Source of the DNA: Octopus sinensis
Lineage: Eukaryota
Assembly (NCBI RefSeq): GCF_006345805.1
Contig: NW_021832366.1
Span: 1 to 30,877, forward strand
Direction: 5' to 3'
DNA length: 30,877 nt
Shown here: positions 11,628 through 22,553 of the stretch, piece by piece
How the letters are laid out: each line of letters begins with the position of its first letter
Position numbering within the stretch: position 1 is the first letter of the stretch
Program-made: the position numbers and the translations under genes
Notes under the pieces: model-generated
What the model was told of the DNA's origin: nothing
The model's database searches: none
The model's input: the letters and a program-made list of their open reading frames with translations, nothing else

Positions 11628-12245
11628 TTTTCTAATTTTGGTACAAGGCCAGCGATTTTGGGGTGTTGGGGTTAATCGATACCATCAAACCCAGTCATTG
11701 AGAAGTACTTTATTTTATCAACCTCGAGAAAATGAGAAGTAAGGTTAGTCTCGGCTGGATTCGAACTCAAAATGTAAAGATTCAGAGAAAGAATATCGCA
11801 AATTATTTTCTGTGACACTCACGATTCTTTCTACTATAGGCCTGAAATTTGGGCTAAGGGGATAGTCGATTAAGTCGACCCCAGTAATCAACTGGTACTT
11901 AATTTATTGACCCCGAAAGGATGAAAGGCAAAGTCGACCCCGGCAGAATTTGAACTCAGAACGTAGCGGCGGGCGAAATACCTATTTCTTTACTACCCAC
12001 AAGGGGCTAAACACAGAGAGGACAAAGAAGAACAAACAAACAGATTAAGTTGATTATATCGACCCCAGTGCGTAACTGGTACTTATTTAATCGACCCCGA
12101 AAGGATGAAAGGCAAAGTCGACCTCGACGGAATTGGAACTCAGAACGTAGCGACGGGCGAAATACTCTAAGCATTTCGCCCAGCGTGCTAACGATTCTGC
12201 TAGCTCGCCGCCTTTCTCTGACACTAACGACTTAACCACCTTGGG
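11628..12245 (-). mobile_element. Old SINE-A split by the younger insertion at 11825-12212
   Basis: Degenerate core at 11628-11824. The head remnant resumes after 12230. Confidence 0.6.
11825..12212 (-). mobile_element. Chimeric SINE-A (head, long-tail body, short-tail body) with 18-bp diverged TSD
   Basis: 184-bp period (GAAATAC at 11975 and 12159). TSD TTTCTGTGACACTCACGA (11807-11824) versus TTTCTCTGACACTAACGA (12213-12230), 2 mismatches. Confidence 0.85.
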
Positions 12246-12267
12246 CTTACGTAATTCTTTCAAGCTT

Positions 12268-12468
12268 TCGCTCTAGGCCAGCAAGGTGGGGTAAGTCGAT
12301 TATATCGCCCCCCCCCTACTGCTCAACTAGTATTTCTCTTACCGACCCCGAAAAGATGTAAAACAAAGACGAATTCGACGATATTTGAACTCAACTGTAA
12401 TGAGCTGAACGAAATGCTGCTAAGCATTTTGCCTGACGCCCTAACTATTCTGCCAGGTCACCGCCTTA
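12268..12468 (-). mobile_element. Degenerate monomeric SINE-A
   Basis: GGGGTAAGTCGATTATATCG, CCGACCCCGAAAAGATG, ATTTGAACTC and CTATTCTGCCAGGTCACCGCC. Confidence 0.75.
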
Positions 12469-13494
12469 GAATAAGCGTAATGATTTCTGATATATTTAGA
12501 GAGACATATATTTTAGAGATCAGTAACTTAAATCGGAGGTTCAAAGACGGACAAATACCAATCCTAACCCTACCCCACCCCACCACCATAAAATACAAGT
12601 AAAATATTTTGATCACCCCTCTTTATCACTGAGAAGACAAAATACAGTTTTATACTTGTTCTTTCTTATATATAATTGTTTTGATTTTCTTCGCCGCAGT
12701 GTTGGACAAGTTTAAGCCATTTTAAACCATCTTAATTATATTGTATCTGGCAATGTTTCCTGCTTTTTCTCGCCTTGCTGAACCCACCAGAAGAGCTGAG
12801 GAGCCTGAAACCTCTTCTCTGAGAGGAAAAAAACCCAGATTAAATCAATTGAATTATTTGATTGTTACTCTAATTTATCAAACTGTGACAGATGAAAGGC
12901 AGTTATACTGTATTTGCTGCTGTTCCCCAGATAAAAAAAAAAAATTTTGATTTGTTTTGAACAGAAAACAACATTCATCGAATCTACCTCAATCATAAGC
13001 TCGTACTAATTTTAGCGAATTGGGGTTTTGAAAGTTGTGATGGACTTCATTTGTCAACTTTCCGGTATCGCAAAAATAAGCAGAAGTTACGATTTAACCG
13101 ACGATATAATCCCCCAAAAGGAAAAGCTATTGCTGTCATACATTATTAACACCCAGACATGAGAAACAACCAATAATAATGTTTTTATTGAAATTCAGAA
13201 TATCTAAAACTATGTAAATTTGGTTCATGTCAATTATATAAATGTGAAACTTCAGTTCTTTCTAAGGACACGACATTCTGTATGTTGAGAATTTTCTAGA
13301 AATAATTAACACCATTCATTAAATATTCTAAATGCATTTTCAAGTTTATCTCTTCGTTTGGGAATTATCTGGAGTTTGGGCTCATTTATTTAGTAAATGA
13401 CTTGAATGTTATGGTTTCATCTGAAAATTCCTTCGGTTTTATAATGCCTACAGATTTACTATAGTATAAATATTTAGCATATACGCACACTCGC

Positions 13495-13509
13495 GAGCAC
13501 GCACGCACA

Positions 13510-13558
<49 letters not shown>
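13495..13558. repeat. (CA)n microsatellite
   Basis: Direct reading. Confidence 0.95.
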
Positions 13559-13766
13559 TAACGCATATAGATAAAAGATAAATCAAAAAATATTTCGCAA
13601 ATATGTAAAAAGAATGTTGTTAGATTTTAAAAAGTATGCGGGGTATGATGGAGTTGGTGGCGGTCGTGGTGGTGGTAGTGATTTATTAGCTTTATTTTTA
13701 TTGCCAGCAATCTGTCTTAGGCGGATCCAAAAACCTAATCTTCAGCCACAATAACAACATTAATAA

Positions 13767-14078
13767 AATGATTTCAACTTTTTGTTCAAGGCCTGCAATT
13801 TCGACATCGCCGGAATTTGAACTCAGGACATAAAGCAAGAAGAAATACTTCTTTCTTTACTACCCACAAGGTAGGACAGAGCGGACAAACAAGGACAGAC
13901 AAACAGATTAAGTCGATTATATCGACCCCAGTGCGTAACTGGTACTTATTTCATCGACCCCGAAAGGATGAAATGCAAAGTCGACCTCGGCGGAATTTGA
14001 ACTCAGAACGTAGCGGCAGAAGAAATACCACTAAGAATTTTTCCCGACCTGCTAACGATTCTAACATCTCATCGCCTA
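13767..14078 (-). mobile_element. SINE-A: diverged head, young long-tail body, and deleted short-tail remnant
   Basis: The core at 13849-14017 is near-identical to the other long-tail units. AGAAGAAATAC is duplicated at 13838-13848 and 14018-14028. Confidence 0.85.
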
Positions 14079-14152
14079 AGTAGTAGTAGTAGTAGTAGTA
14101 GTAGTAATAGTAGTAGTAGTAGTAGTGGTAGTAATAATAATAATAATAATAA

Positions 14153-14183
<31 letters not shown>

Positions 14184-14190
14184 AAGAAGA
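14079..14190. repeat. Compound (TAG)n-(TAA)n-(AAG)n microsatellite abutting the SINE head
   Basis: Direct reading. Confidence 0.95.
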
Positions 14191-15279
14191 ATTTCTTTTA
14201 TTGACCACAAGATCCCAAATACTTCTAGAAATTCTATTTGTAATAAGTGATCGATAATATTGTTAGAAATATAGAATAAGCGAATCCAGAGATAAAGTTT
14301 TCGCTGACGTAACGCTGCTGCTAACAATGCTTACTTCTAAACATATGACTGGAATAATGCACCTCCTCCTCCTCCCCCTCCTCCTCCTGCACCCCCACCT
14401 CCCCTTCGTCGTCCACCATCTTCTTTACCATTGCTCTTGTATATCATTTTCTTTATCTTCTCTTCTCTTCAACCTCCTCCTCCTCCTCCTCCTCCTCCTG
14501 TTTCTACTATTACTTCCAATTCCTTTTGATCTCTCACACACAACATGTATTCCCTGTCTTGCGGACGAGAGAGAGAGAAAAGAAAGGAATTGGTTTAATA
14601 TGAATTTATGGAAGTATGGAAGCAAAGATTAGTTGGCATAGAATTCTTTGAATTTGTGATATTCTTGCGATATAACTATCATCAAATTCTTCATAAATTC
14701 AACACAACACAGCATAATACAACAGACACAAACATAGTAGCTGAAACCGACTATTGTTATTCTTGTAGCTGTTGTTGTTGTTATTGTTGTTGTTGTTGTT
14801 GTTGTTTTAACCCCAAGTCGGCTCTGATGGAGCAGTCCTATGATTAGCGGGATTCCTACCGTGACTAACCCATCAGATTATATTTTTCTCTACCTTTCTT
14901 TTCTTTGCTTTGTTTCAGGAATAATGTAACTTGAATCAAATTTATCAATTTTTGTTTTTCACGTAATATACACAAACGCAGCTAGTTTTTACATAGAACC
15001 CGCGAAATCCTGGGGCCCGTAAAAATATAAAAGAGGAACTGTGTTCAGAATTAACGAACTTTAAACGAACATTTGACTAACCTGGGATCAGTTGGAACAT
15101 TATTTAAATAAAAGAGGCACTTGATGGTGAAGAGGTAGCATACTACTACAATAGTATATGGTTTGAGGAAAATTTGGTTAATATATCAAGTTGTATGGAC
15201 GTCCACGTGTCTGAACTACAAAAGGGCATGAAGCTCATATAGGAACACAGGTCGTGATGGATCATACCTGTATCCACTA

Positions 15280-15591
15280 TACATACATACATACATACAT
15301 GCATACATACATACATACATACATACATACATACATACATACATACATACATACATACATACGCTAAACTACAGAGAAATCTGCAGTTATTCTATCCCGA
15401 TTACAAGTTCAGGTTTATACCTGCAATTATTGGCACCCTGGGATATGTAACACACTGCTTAAATACTAATGTAATTATATATTCGTGTGAATGGTCAATT
15501 ATATAACTAATGTGATTATGGAACGGCTCTAAACGAATAGAATAAACACGCTTTCTCTCGCTTATCTGACCTCTCTCTCTCTCTCTCTCTC

Positions 15592-15647
<56 letters not shown>

Positions 15648-15651
15648 ATAT
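15280..15651. repeat. (CATA)n (15280-15362) and (CT)n(AT)n (15569-15651)
   Basis: Direct reading. Confidence 0.95.
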
Positions 15652-15804
15652 TCGTTTTGCAAGATTCTTGATGTGATTTCGTGTGTTGAAACAGGCATCG
15701 TTGTATTTAGGGATGGTCATGTTGCCAGTTTAACCAATAATAACACACGCACTACATATTTGGTGTTCACTTGCTTCAGCTTTATCTTATATTAATTGCA
15801 TTTC

Positions 15805-15849
15805 GGCCAGAGTTCTTTCGTCACACTTCTGTGACCTCATCAGTGGTCC
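15805..15849 (-). ncRNA. Type I hammerhead ribozyme-like motif (left copy)
   Basis: The minus strand reads GGACCA-CTGATGA-G-GTCACA GAAG TGTGAC-GAAA-GAAC-TC-TGGCC. It has the CUGAUGA/GAAA/UC core, a 6-bp stem II, stem I CCA/TGG and a minimal stem III. Confidence 0.55.
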
Positions 15850-15914
15850 TTTGTTTTCTTCTTTCTGTTTTTTTTTGTGTCTCTCCTTTTGTGTCTCTGC
15901 AATTTTGTTTTGCG

Positions 15915-16035
15915 ATATGTTTTTCCGTCTTTTACGTTTTAACTTCAAATCCCGTCAAGTTCAGCTTTGCTTGTCATTCATCTGGAGTCGATGAAATAAA
16001 ATGTCAGTCAAGTACGGATTTCAATATAATCGGAA
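15915..16035 (+). mobile_element. Highly degenerate SINE-A core between the two inverted arms
   Basis: TCCGTCTTTTACGTTTTAACTTCAAATCCCG...GGAGTCGATGAAATAA...ATATAATCG. Confidence 0.5.
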
Positions 16036-16097
16036 TGACAAAATGGCAGATCATTAGTAAGGAGAGACACACAAAAAAAGAAAAAGGAGAAAGCAAA

Positions 16098-16142
16098 GAA
16101 CCACTGATGAGATCTCAGAAGTGTGACGAAAGAACTCTGGCC
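16098..16142 (+). ncRNA. Type I hammerhead ribozyme-like motif (right copy, stem II weakened)
   Basis: GAACCA-CTGATGA-GATCTCA GAAG TGTGAC-GAAA-GAAC-TC-TGGCC. Paralog of the left copy. Confidence 0.45.
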
Positions 16143-16167
16143 AAAATACAATTAATACAATTAATTA

Positions 16168-16310
16168 GGATAACATCGTTGGGGAGGCAGGTATGCATGA
16201 GCAACTGCTGGTCTTCCATAAACGACTTTGCCCAGACTTGTGCCTCGGAGAGTAACTTTCTGGGTGCAATCATAACCCAAGGAGGTCTTTATCCTTACAC
16301 TTTTGCCCTA
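16168..16310 (+). mobile_element. 3' half of a further SINE-like dispersed repeat
   Basis: GGATAACATCG...CTGCTGGTCTTCCATAAACGACTTTGCCCAGACTTGTGCCTCGGAGAGTAACTTTCTGGGTGCAATC matches my recollection of an octopus SINE tail. There is no second copy in the window. Confidence 0.45.
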
Positions 16311-16554
16311 TTTTTTTTATGATACACAAATAGCGATGTATATATGTACTGGCCTGCACACCTCACCAGTGGAGCAGTATCGACCGAAAGCTAAAGCGAC
16401 GCAAAGCGTATTGTGAACAACGATGTATATAATAGCATCTGACAGATTATTCGATCACATGATCACGATACATACATATTCGTGTGTGTGTGTGTGTGTG
16501 TGTTTCTGTGCGAGCTCCGTAAGTGGGATCTAAACAACTCAGGCTATATCTGCT

Positions 16555-16950
16555 TGTAGTTTAGGCATACGGCCAAGGATTTGGGGAGCAAGAGGTTATT
16601 CCGATTATATTGAAATCCGTACTTGACTGACATTTTATTTCATCGTCTCCAGATGAATGACAAGCAAAGCTGAACTTGATGGGACTTGAACTCAAAACGT
16701 AGAAGGCTGAAAAACATAATGCAAAACATTTTTGTTCCTATGCTCTACGACCAAAACAGTAATAATAGTTTCCAACTAAAAAATTCGGTCAGAAGGGCTT
16801 AATTAGTTGATTCCGTTTACCTCAGAACTTAAATGGTATTGTATTTTATCGATCCTGTAAGGATAAAAAGCGGAATTGATCTCGGTTGAATTTGAACTGA
16901 GAACGAAAAGTTGGACGGAAGACAATTCGCAAAGCATTTCGTCTGATACC
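16555..16950 (-). mobile_element. Two adjacent degenerate SINE-A copies (about 16555-16750 and 16775-16950)
   Basis: Both show decayed TTTTAT(T/C)GATCC..GATGAA/GATAAAA...GA(A/C)TTGAACT..AAC motifs. Confidence 0.6.
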
Positions 16951-18539
16951 CCAGGGTCTTAGGATTTATGATGATGATGACGATTATGATGATGATTAAT
17001 TTTATTAGTCGCTTGGGGCAAAGACTTTAGGGATAATAGTAAGACGAAGTATAACAGAAAACAAATGAAAAAAAAACAGAGGATTTACATAGAGTGACAA
17101 AAAAAAAAAAGGCTGCGATCAACAATACTCATAAAGACACATTAACAAATATATAAGAATAAATAGCGATAACAACATAGCGCAACAAAGCAATAATAAG
17201 CAAAGATTTGAAGAAATATCGTTGGGAGAAGAAAAAGCCACACAGAATAATTCATGATACCACATTTATACATCTGCGGATTACTTTGGTACACACCAAA
17301 AGCAAATTGCCTTTTCGCTGTTCTTACCGCAACCAATCTACAGCCATAGAGTTTTGGAACCGGTCCATTTAACCGCACCAATCTCACGTTCTAATTCTTT
17401 GATCTTCACTGACATTGCTAAAGTGTGGAGATTTACTCTTCAGAAAACTAGAAAATTATTATCAACAGTTTTCTTGTTTGATAAAAAACATTCTCCACCC
17501 ATTTTTTTTTTTTTTGCTTACAAATATTGATATCTCGGTTGTTTCTCCTGTTATCAAATATGTTTTTTTTGTTTTTTTGTTTTTTGGGTTTTTTTGTGGT
17601 TTTTCTTAATCTTGTACATGTTCTTGTTTTTCCTGTTGCTCCTATTGTTATTGGGCTTCTCCATATACATTCACATGCTACCACCACTACTGTTACTACA
17701 TCCACAACCATTACCACCACCGCCGTCACCACCACCCATACCACCACCGTTACGACTAATACTCTGTTCTCTCATTTCCACAAGCTTGCCAAGGAACTTA
17801 TTCCAGTCAGCGTCATTTTCATTACCATTACGTACACAATATAGGCTCACACATACATACATGATACATACATACATGATACATACATACATACACATAC
17901 ACACATGCAAGCACACACACAGACATATATACATACACCGAAGGTGTATATGTGTGTGCGGTATATTACAAATATATTCATGGTGTTGTTCATATTAGTC
18001 ATATATTCATACACACTTCGATTATCTCCTCCTACTGATTTCCAATTCATTCCTTTATCGATCTCTTCATTTTCCCCCTCTGTCTCTTTCTCGTGTCATT
18101 CTCCATCCACCCCGCTTCTTTCTCTCTCTCTCTCTCATTCTCTCGCTTTCCTCTCTTTTCCTCTCCCACTGTGTGTGCTTCTGCATATATGGTGTGTACG
18201 TGTCTATACCTCGTGAGTGGAGTCGCGCTCCTATATACCAGAAATATAAGACAGCCAATCTATAAACAAGGACCGATAAGGTGAGTACATGATCGAAAGA
18301 AATTACCGAGGTCAATACGGTCACCTAAAACCTTAAAACTCAATGTTCCATCATGGACCCAATACAACGAGTCAAATCATTAAAATACAAACATATATAT
18401 AAACAAATTATTTTCCCTATAAATTTTGTGAGGAGCGGATTTTCTCAGTACTTTCAATTCTAGCATTTGTCTTGGAGACAACTATCACTTCTCCGTACAT
18501 TCTTTCATGCCCTTTGGATGGAATTCTAGCGGGAAAAGT

Positions 18540-18702
18540 GTAAGACTCATGGGAAAACCTTGTGCAAATCAACAATGATCCTCTAGTACGTGCCCCAATC
18601 TTGAGGTGCAAGTTGTGAGGTGAGAAGCTGGGTGTTGTTAGACTGTTCAAGAATTCAACTGGGTAATTCACAGCTTCATCGATGTTGAATACAGTGTCAA
18701 AA
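18540..18702 (-). mobile_element. Helitron RepHel (PIF1-like helicase) remnant
   Basis: The translation FDTVFNIDEAVNYPVEFLNSLTTPSFSPHNLHLKIGA matches the Helitron helicase motif YPxEFLNSLxxxGxPPHxLxLKxG. It is truncated and the reading deteriorates after KIGA. Confidence 0.8.
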
Positions 18703-18869
18703 AATTTGCTTCATCACATACCGAAATTTAGAAATAGCAGCTAAAACTACTCATTCCGTAAACGGTGGCTTTTAACGGGTGGAGAGCTGAACCATCCCGG
18801 GGTATAGAGGATTTGCAATCTAGACTAGGGTCTGAAAGTTTACCACACCATAGTGGGTTACACCATGGT

Positions 18870-19085
18870 TCCTCTGGTTTGTGGCAGAAGCAGGAAGAAA
18901 GAGTGAGAGAAAGTTGTGGTGAAAGAATACAGCGGGGTTCACCACTACCCCCCCCCACGCCGGAGCCTCGTGGACTTTAGGTGTTTTTGCTCAATAAACA
19001 CTCACAATGCCCGGCCTGGGAATCGAAACCGCGTTCATGCGACCGCGAATCCGCTGCCCTAACCACTGGGCCATTGCGCCTCCAC
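18870..19085 (-). mobile_element. tRNA-derived SINE-F, head and central part
   Basis: The minus strand starts GTGGAGGCGCAATGGCCCAGTGGTTAGGGCAGCGG (A box TGGCCCAGTGG) with B box GGTTTCGATTCC. Confidence 0.8.
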
Positions 19086-19362
19086 TGCTGTTGTTGTTGT
19101 TATTGTTGCCATTGGGCTTCAATCTCCCTTTGCAATTGCCGTTATTGTAATTCTTGCTACAGCTGCTGTTATAACTTGCCTTCTATACTTTTGCTGCGGC
19201 TTCTCGATATTCTTGATGTCGCTATGTTTGTTGTCTTCATCAACATTCTCTTGATGTTTTTGGTGCTGTTTTGTTGTTGTTGTTGTTGTTGCTGTTGCTG
19301 CTGCTGCTGCTGCTGCTATTTCTGTTGCTGTCGTCAATATTCTTGTTGTTGTTGTTGTTGTT
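19086..19362. repeat. (TTG)n/(TGC)n trinucleotide tracts
   Basis: Direct reading. They explain the poly-Cys and poly-Thr ORFs. Confidence 0.9.
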
Positions 19363-19920
19363 TTTGGTTAAATGTGATTACTTTACTTGAGATCCTGCCA
19401 CCGAACGTCATCTTCTTTCACCAGATGTGAAATAGAACGACCGAATCACCCACCCACCCGCCTCGCCCACTCTCACCTCATTCCTCTCCGACTGCACAAC
19501 TGCATAGCTGAAACCTTAGGTATCAAAGTATCAAGGTACATCAGACATTTCAGCAATGTAACACAAAACACACACGTTGCTTTCGAGATGAGGTTTCGAA
19601 TGATGATCGAATTTTCAATAGATTTATTTGATATTTTTTCCTTCTATTTTCGTTCTAGAATTGTGATATCTTCTTGTATTTCTCTGTGCATCCGTGTGTG
19701 TGTGTCTTTGAGCATGCGCGCTTGCATCTGTGCATTGTGTTTGTGTGTATATGTGTGTATTTGTGTGCATTTGTGAGCGTTCGTATGTGTAATAGTGTTT
19801 GAAGGTAAGGTAGTGTATACATATATATGCATGTGTGTGTATGTACACAGAGAGAAAGAGAGAGAGAGAGAGAGAGATTGATTATGTACGCGTGTATATT
19901 ATTGTGCATAACATGCATAC

Positions 19921-20357
19921 TCTTTTACTTGTTTCAGTCATGTGACTGTGGCCATGCTGGAGCACCGCCTTTAGTCGAGCAAATCGACCCCAGGACTTAT
20001 TCTTTGTAAGCCTAGTACTTATTCTATCGGTCTATTTTGCCGAATTGCTAGGTGACGGGGGCGTAAACATACAACAATCAGTTGTCATGCGATATTGGGA
20101 AAACAAACACAGACACACACACGCACGCACACACACAGACACACACACACACCACACACACACACACACACATGTATATATATATGCATATATATGACGG
20201 GCTTCTTTCAGTTTCCGTCTACCAAATCCACTCACAAGGCTTTGGTCGGCCCGAGGCTATAGTAGAAGACACTTGCCCAAGGTGCCACGCAGTGGGACTG
20301 AACCCAGAACCATGTGGTTGTAAGCAAGCTACTTACCACACAGTCACTCCTACGCCT
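19921..20357 (-). mobile_element. Composite B/C SINE: tRNA head, CORE-like segment, internal (TG/TA)n, and 3' C module
   Basis: Minus head AGGCGTAGGAGTGACTGTGTGGTAAG with B-box-like GGTTCAGTCC. GGCACCTTGGGCAAGTGTCTTC resembles the MIR/CORE motif. It is colinear with 25025-25536 and 29770-30288. Confidence 0.88.
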
Positions 20358-20493
20358 ATATGCATGTGTATATGTATGTATGTATGTATGTATGTATGCA
20401 TGTATGTATGTATGTCTGTATACATGTGTGCATGTACGAGTGTGTGTACACCTGCATGTTTGTATGTGTATAAATATATATAAGCGTATGCGT

Positions 20494-20527
<34 letters not shown>

Positions 20528-21079
20528 TTTTTGAATATGACTGTTAGCCGTATGGAGAAGTGCCTGAATGTACGCGCGTGTTTATACTTTTATGTTTGCA
20601 TTTAAGCTTCAATGCAAGAGTATGCGTATGTGTTTGCGTGTGTCTGCGTGTGTCTACGTGTGTGTATGTTTATTAGTGTATGAAGTGGCCTCAATATCTC
20701 TTCCTCTCTCTCTTATTCTCTCTCTCCTTTCCTCTCTTTGTACGTGCATGATTCTATGTATGATTTTGCATGTATGTGTATATGTCCGTGTGCGTGTGCG
20801 TATTACATTGTGTGTGTGTGTGTGTGTGTGTGTAAATGTGGACGGGTGGTGATTGTATTGGTAGGAAACGATATTTTGTTCTCATCCTCAAACGAGAAAA
20901 CTGTAAGCAATAACAATAACCAAAAAAAACAACTACAAGTAAAACATAACCCCAACAATATTACGCACAACTCCAGTCACATCACCGTCACTCTCATAAT
21001 CCGCCCTCCCCGCCCTTCACCTAATCAGTATTAGTAACACCGTCAACGTCATTAGCAGAATGATTATTGACTAATTTAA

Positions 21080-21110
<31 letters not shown>

Positions 21111-21268
21111 GATGCTGCTGCTACAGCTGTGCAGCTCCCAACGGCAAACTCAGTGAGGCGTGTGGGCTTCTGAAGGATGTGACTGATTGATTGACTGACC
21201 GAGAGATCCATAGATAAAATAGATAAATAGACACATATATATTGATTGATGTTGGCAGATAGATACAT

Positions 21269-21270
<2 letters not shown>

Positions 21271-21357
<87 letters not shown>

Positions 21358-21368
21358 GGATAGATAGA
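21271..21368. repeat. (AGAT)n microsatellite
   Basis: Direct reading. Confidence 0.95.
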
Positions 21369-21374
21369 TGTACA

Positions 21375-21770
21375 TTCCGTACATTAGCGGCAAAAACGTG
21401 ACTTTCAAAACACTCCGCCTCGCTTGTCATGAGTCGTGGCAGGCTATGCATGTAGGCACTAAAGTCTGTATTGCGTTCTGATCCACCAGTTGTCCCGAAC
21501 AGTCGGGCAAAGTGTTGCTGAAAGGCCTCACACATGCTTTCGGTTTCCAGTAATTCGCGTCCCTTTCCATTCATCGAAGACCGAATGGTGGCCCTGTAAC
21601 TACGTTGCGCCTCCGCCAGCGGCTGCAATTTCTTCGTTTCTCAAGGCAAGCATTCTAGCTCTAACAACGCAACCTTCATGGTCAAGGGCCAACCTCGCTG
21701 CCAGCACGTTCGACGCGATGTCAATTCTAAGTGCCTCTTCTAATTTCGTAAAGGGCGAATTTTCGAGCTA
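21375..21770 (-). mobile_element. L1/Tx1-clade LINE ORF2 internal fragment (endonuclease-RT linker), frameshifted
   Basis: KLEEALR...HEGCVVRARMLALRNEE, then a frameshift to AEAQRSYRATIRSSMNGKGRELLETESMCEAFQQHFARLFG...DFSAYMHSLPRL. This resembles the L1/Tx1 linker pattern (R.R, I..L...G, F...Y..LY, LP.L). It is markedly more GC-rich than its flanks. Confidence 0.65.
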
Positions 21771-21894
21771 AAACGTCACTCAAGGCCAAGTAGATGTTGT
21801 TAGGCAACATTTTGACAAAGATAAATACAGATACATATAGATAAACACGAGAATTTATTTGAACTTACAGGAGGCGATGCGACGATAGCCAAAC

Positions 21895-21981
<87 letters not shown>
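21895..21981. repeat. (AGAT)n microsatellite
   Basis: Direct reading. Confidence 0.95.
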
Positions 21982-21982
<1 letters not shown>

Positions 21983-22086
21983 TGGTAAGAACCTAAGTAT
22001 ATCGGTAAACGTGAAATAGATACACAGGAATAATGATAGGGTGATATATAGACAGATAAGCAGACAAGAAGAATTATATTTAAATA

Positions 22087-22437
22087 TCATGCTTGCGTAG
22101 TTTACTTAAGATTAGATGGCCCGAACACATAAGCAATATGGAGCTATGGCAAAGAACAAATCAATTTTCGATTGGGGAGCAAATATTTAAGAAAAGGTGG
22201 AAGTGGATTGGTAGCTCAATTAGAAAAGAAACACCAAATGTAGCGAAAAGTGCATTACAGTGGAATCCGGATGGATATAGAAGGAGAGGTAGGCCTAAGA
22301 ACTCGTGGTGTAGATCAACACAAAAGAAACTAGAGAAAGGGGGACATTCATGGCAGAGTATAAGTACAGAAGCGAAAAATTATGCGACATGGAATTCAAC
22401 TATAAGTGGCCTATACTCTGCGTTGGAGGGTTAAATG
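22087..22437 (+). mobile_element. 5'-truncated RTE-clade LINE 3' end with an uninterrupted C-terminal reading frame
   Basis: CLRSLLKIRWPEHISNMELWQRTNQ...KRWKWIG...ALQWNPDGYRRRGRPKNSW matches the RTE post-RT signature CLRRILxIxWxxxISNxELW...RRWxWIGH...ALxWxPxGxRxRGRPxxTW. No RT catalytic domain is present. Confidence 0.9.
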
Positions 22438-22498
22438 CAAAACAAAAATATGCTTAAGTTGAACACTATGTGCAAACAAACATATATTCGATGTAACA

Positions 22499-22500
<2 letters not shown>

Positions 22501-22552
<52 letters not shown>
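22501..22552. repeat. (TC)n(AC)n microsatellite
   Basis: Direct reading. Confidence 0.95.

Positions 22553-22553
<1 letters not shown>

Noticed and set aside
12787-12820. AGAAGAG-CTGAGGA-GCCT-GAAAC-CTCTTCT resembling a hammerhead
   Set aside because: No formable stem II, and no stem III or UH cleavage triplet.
12960-13380. Stretch with partially open frames that might be a decayed transposon ORF
   Set aside because: Multiple stops and no motif I can name.
18870-19085. tRNA-like heads of SINEs as tRNA genes
   Set aside because: A and B boxes are present but there is no closed cloverleaf, and they run into SINE bodies.
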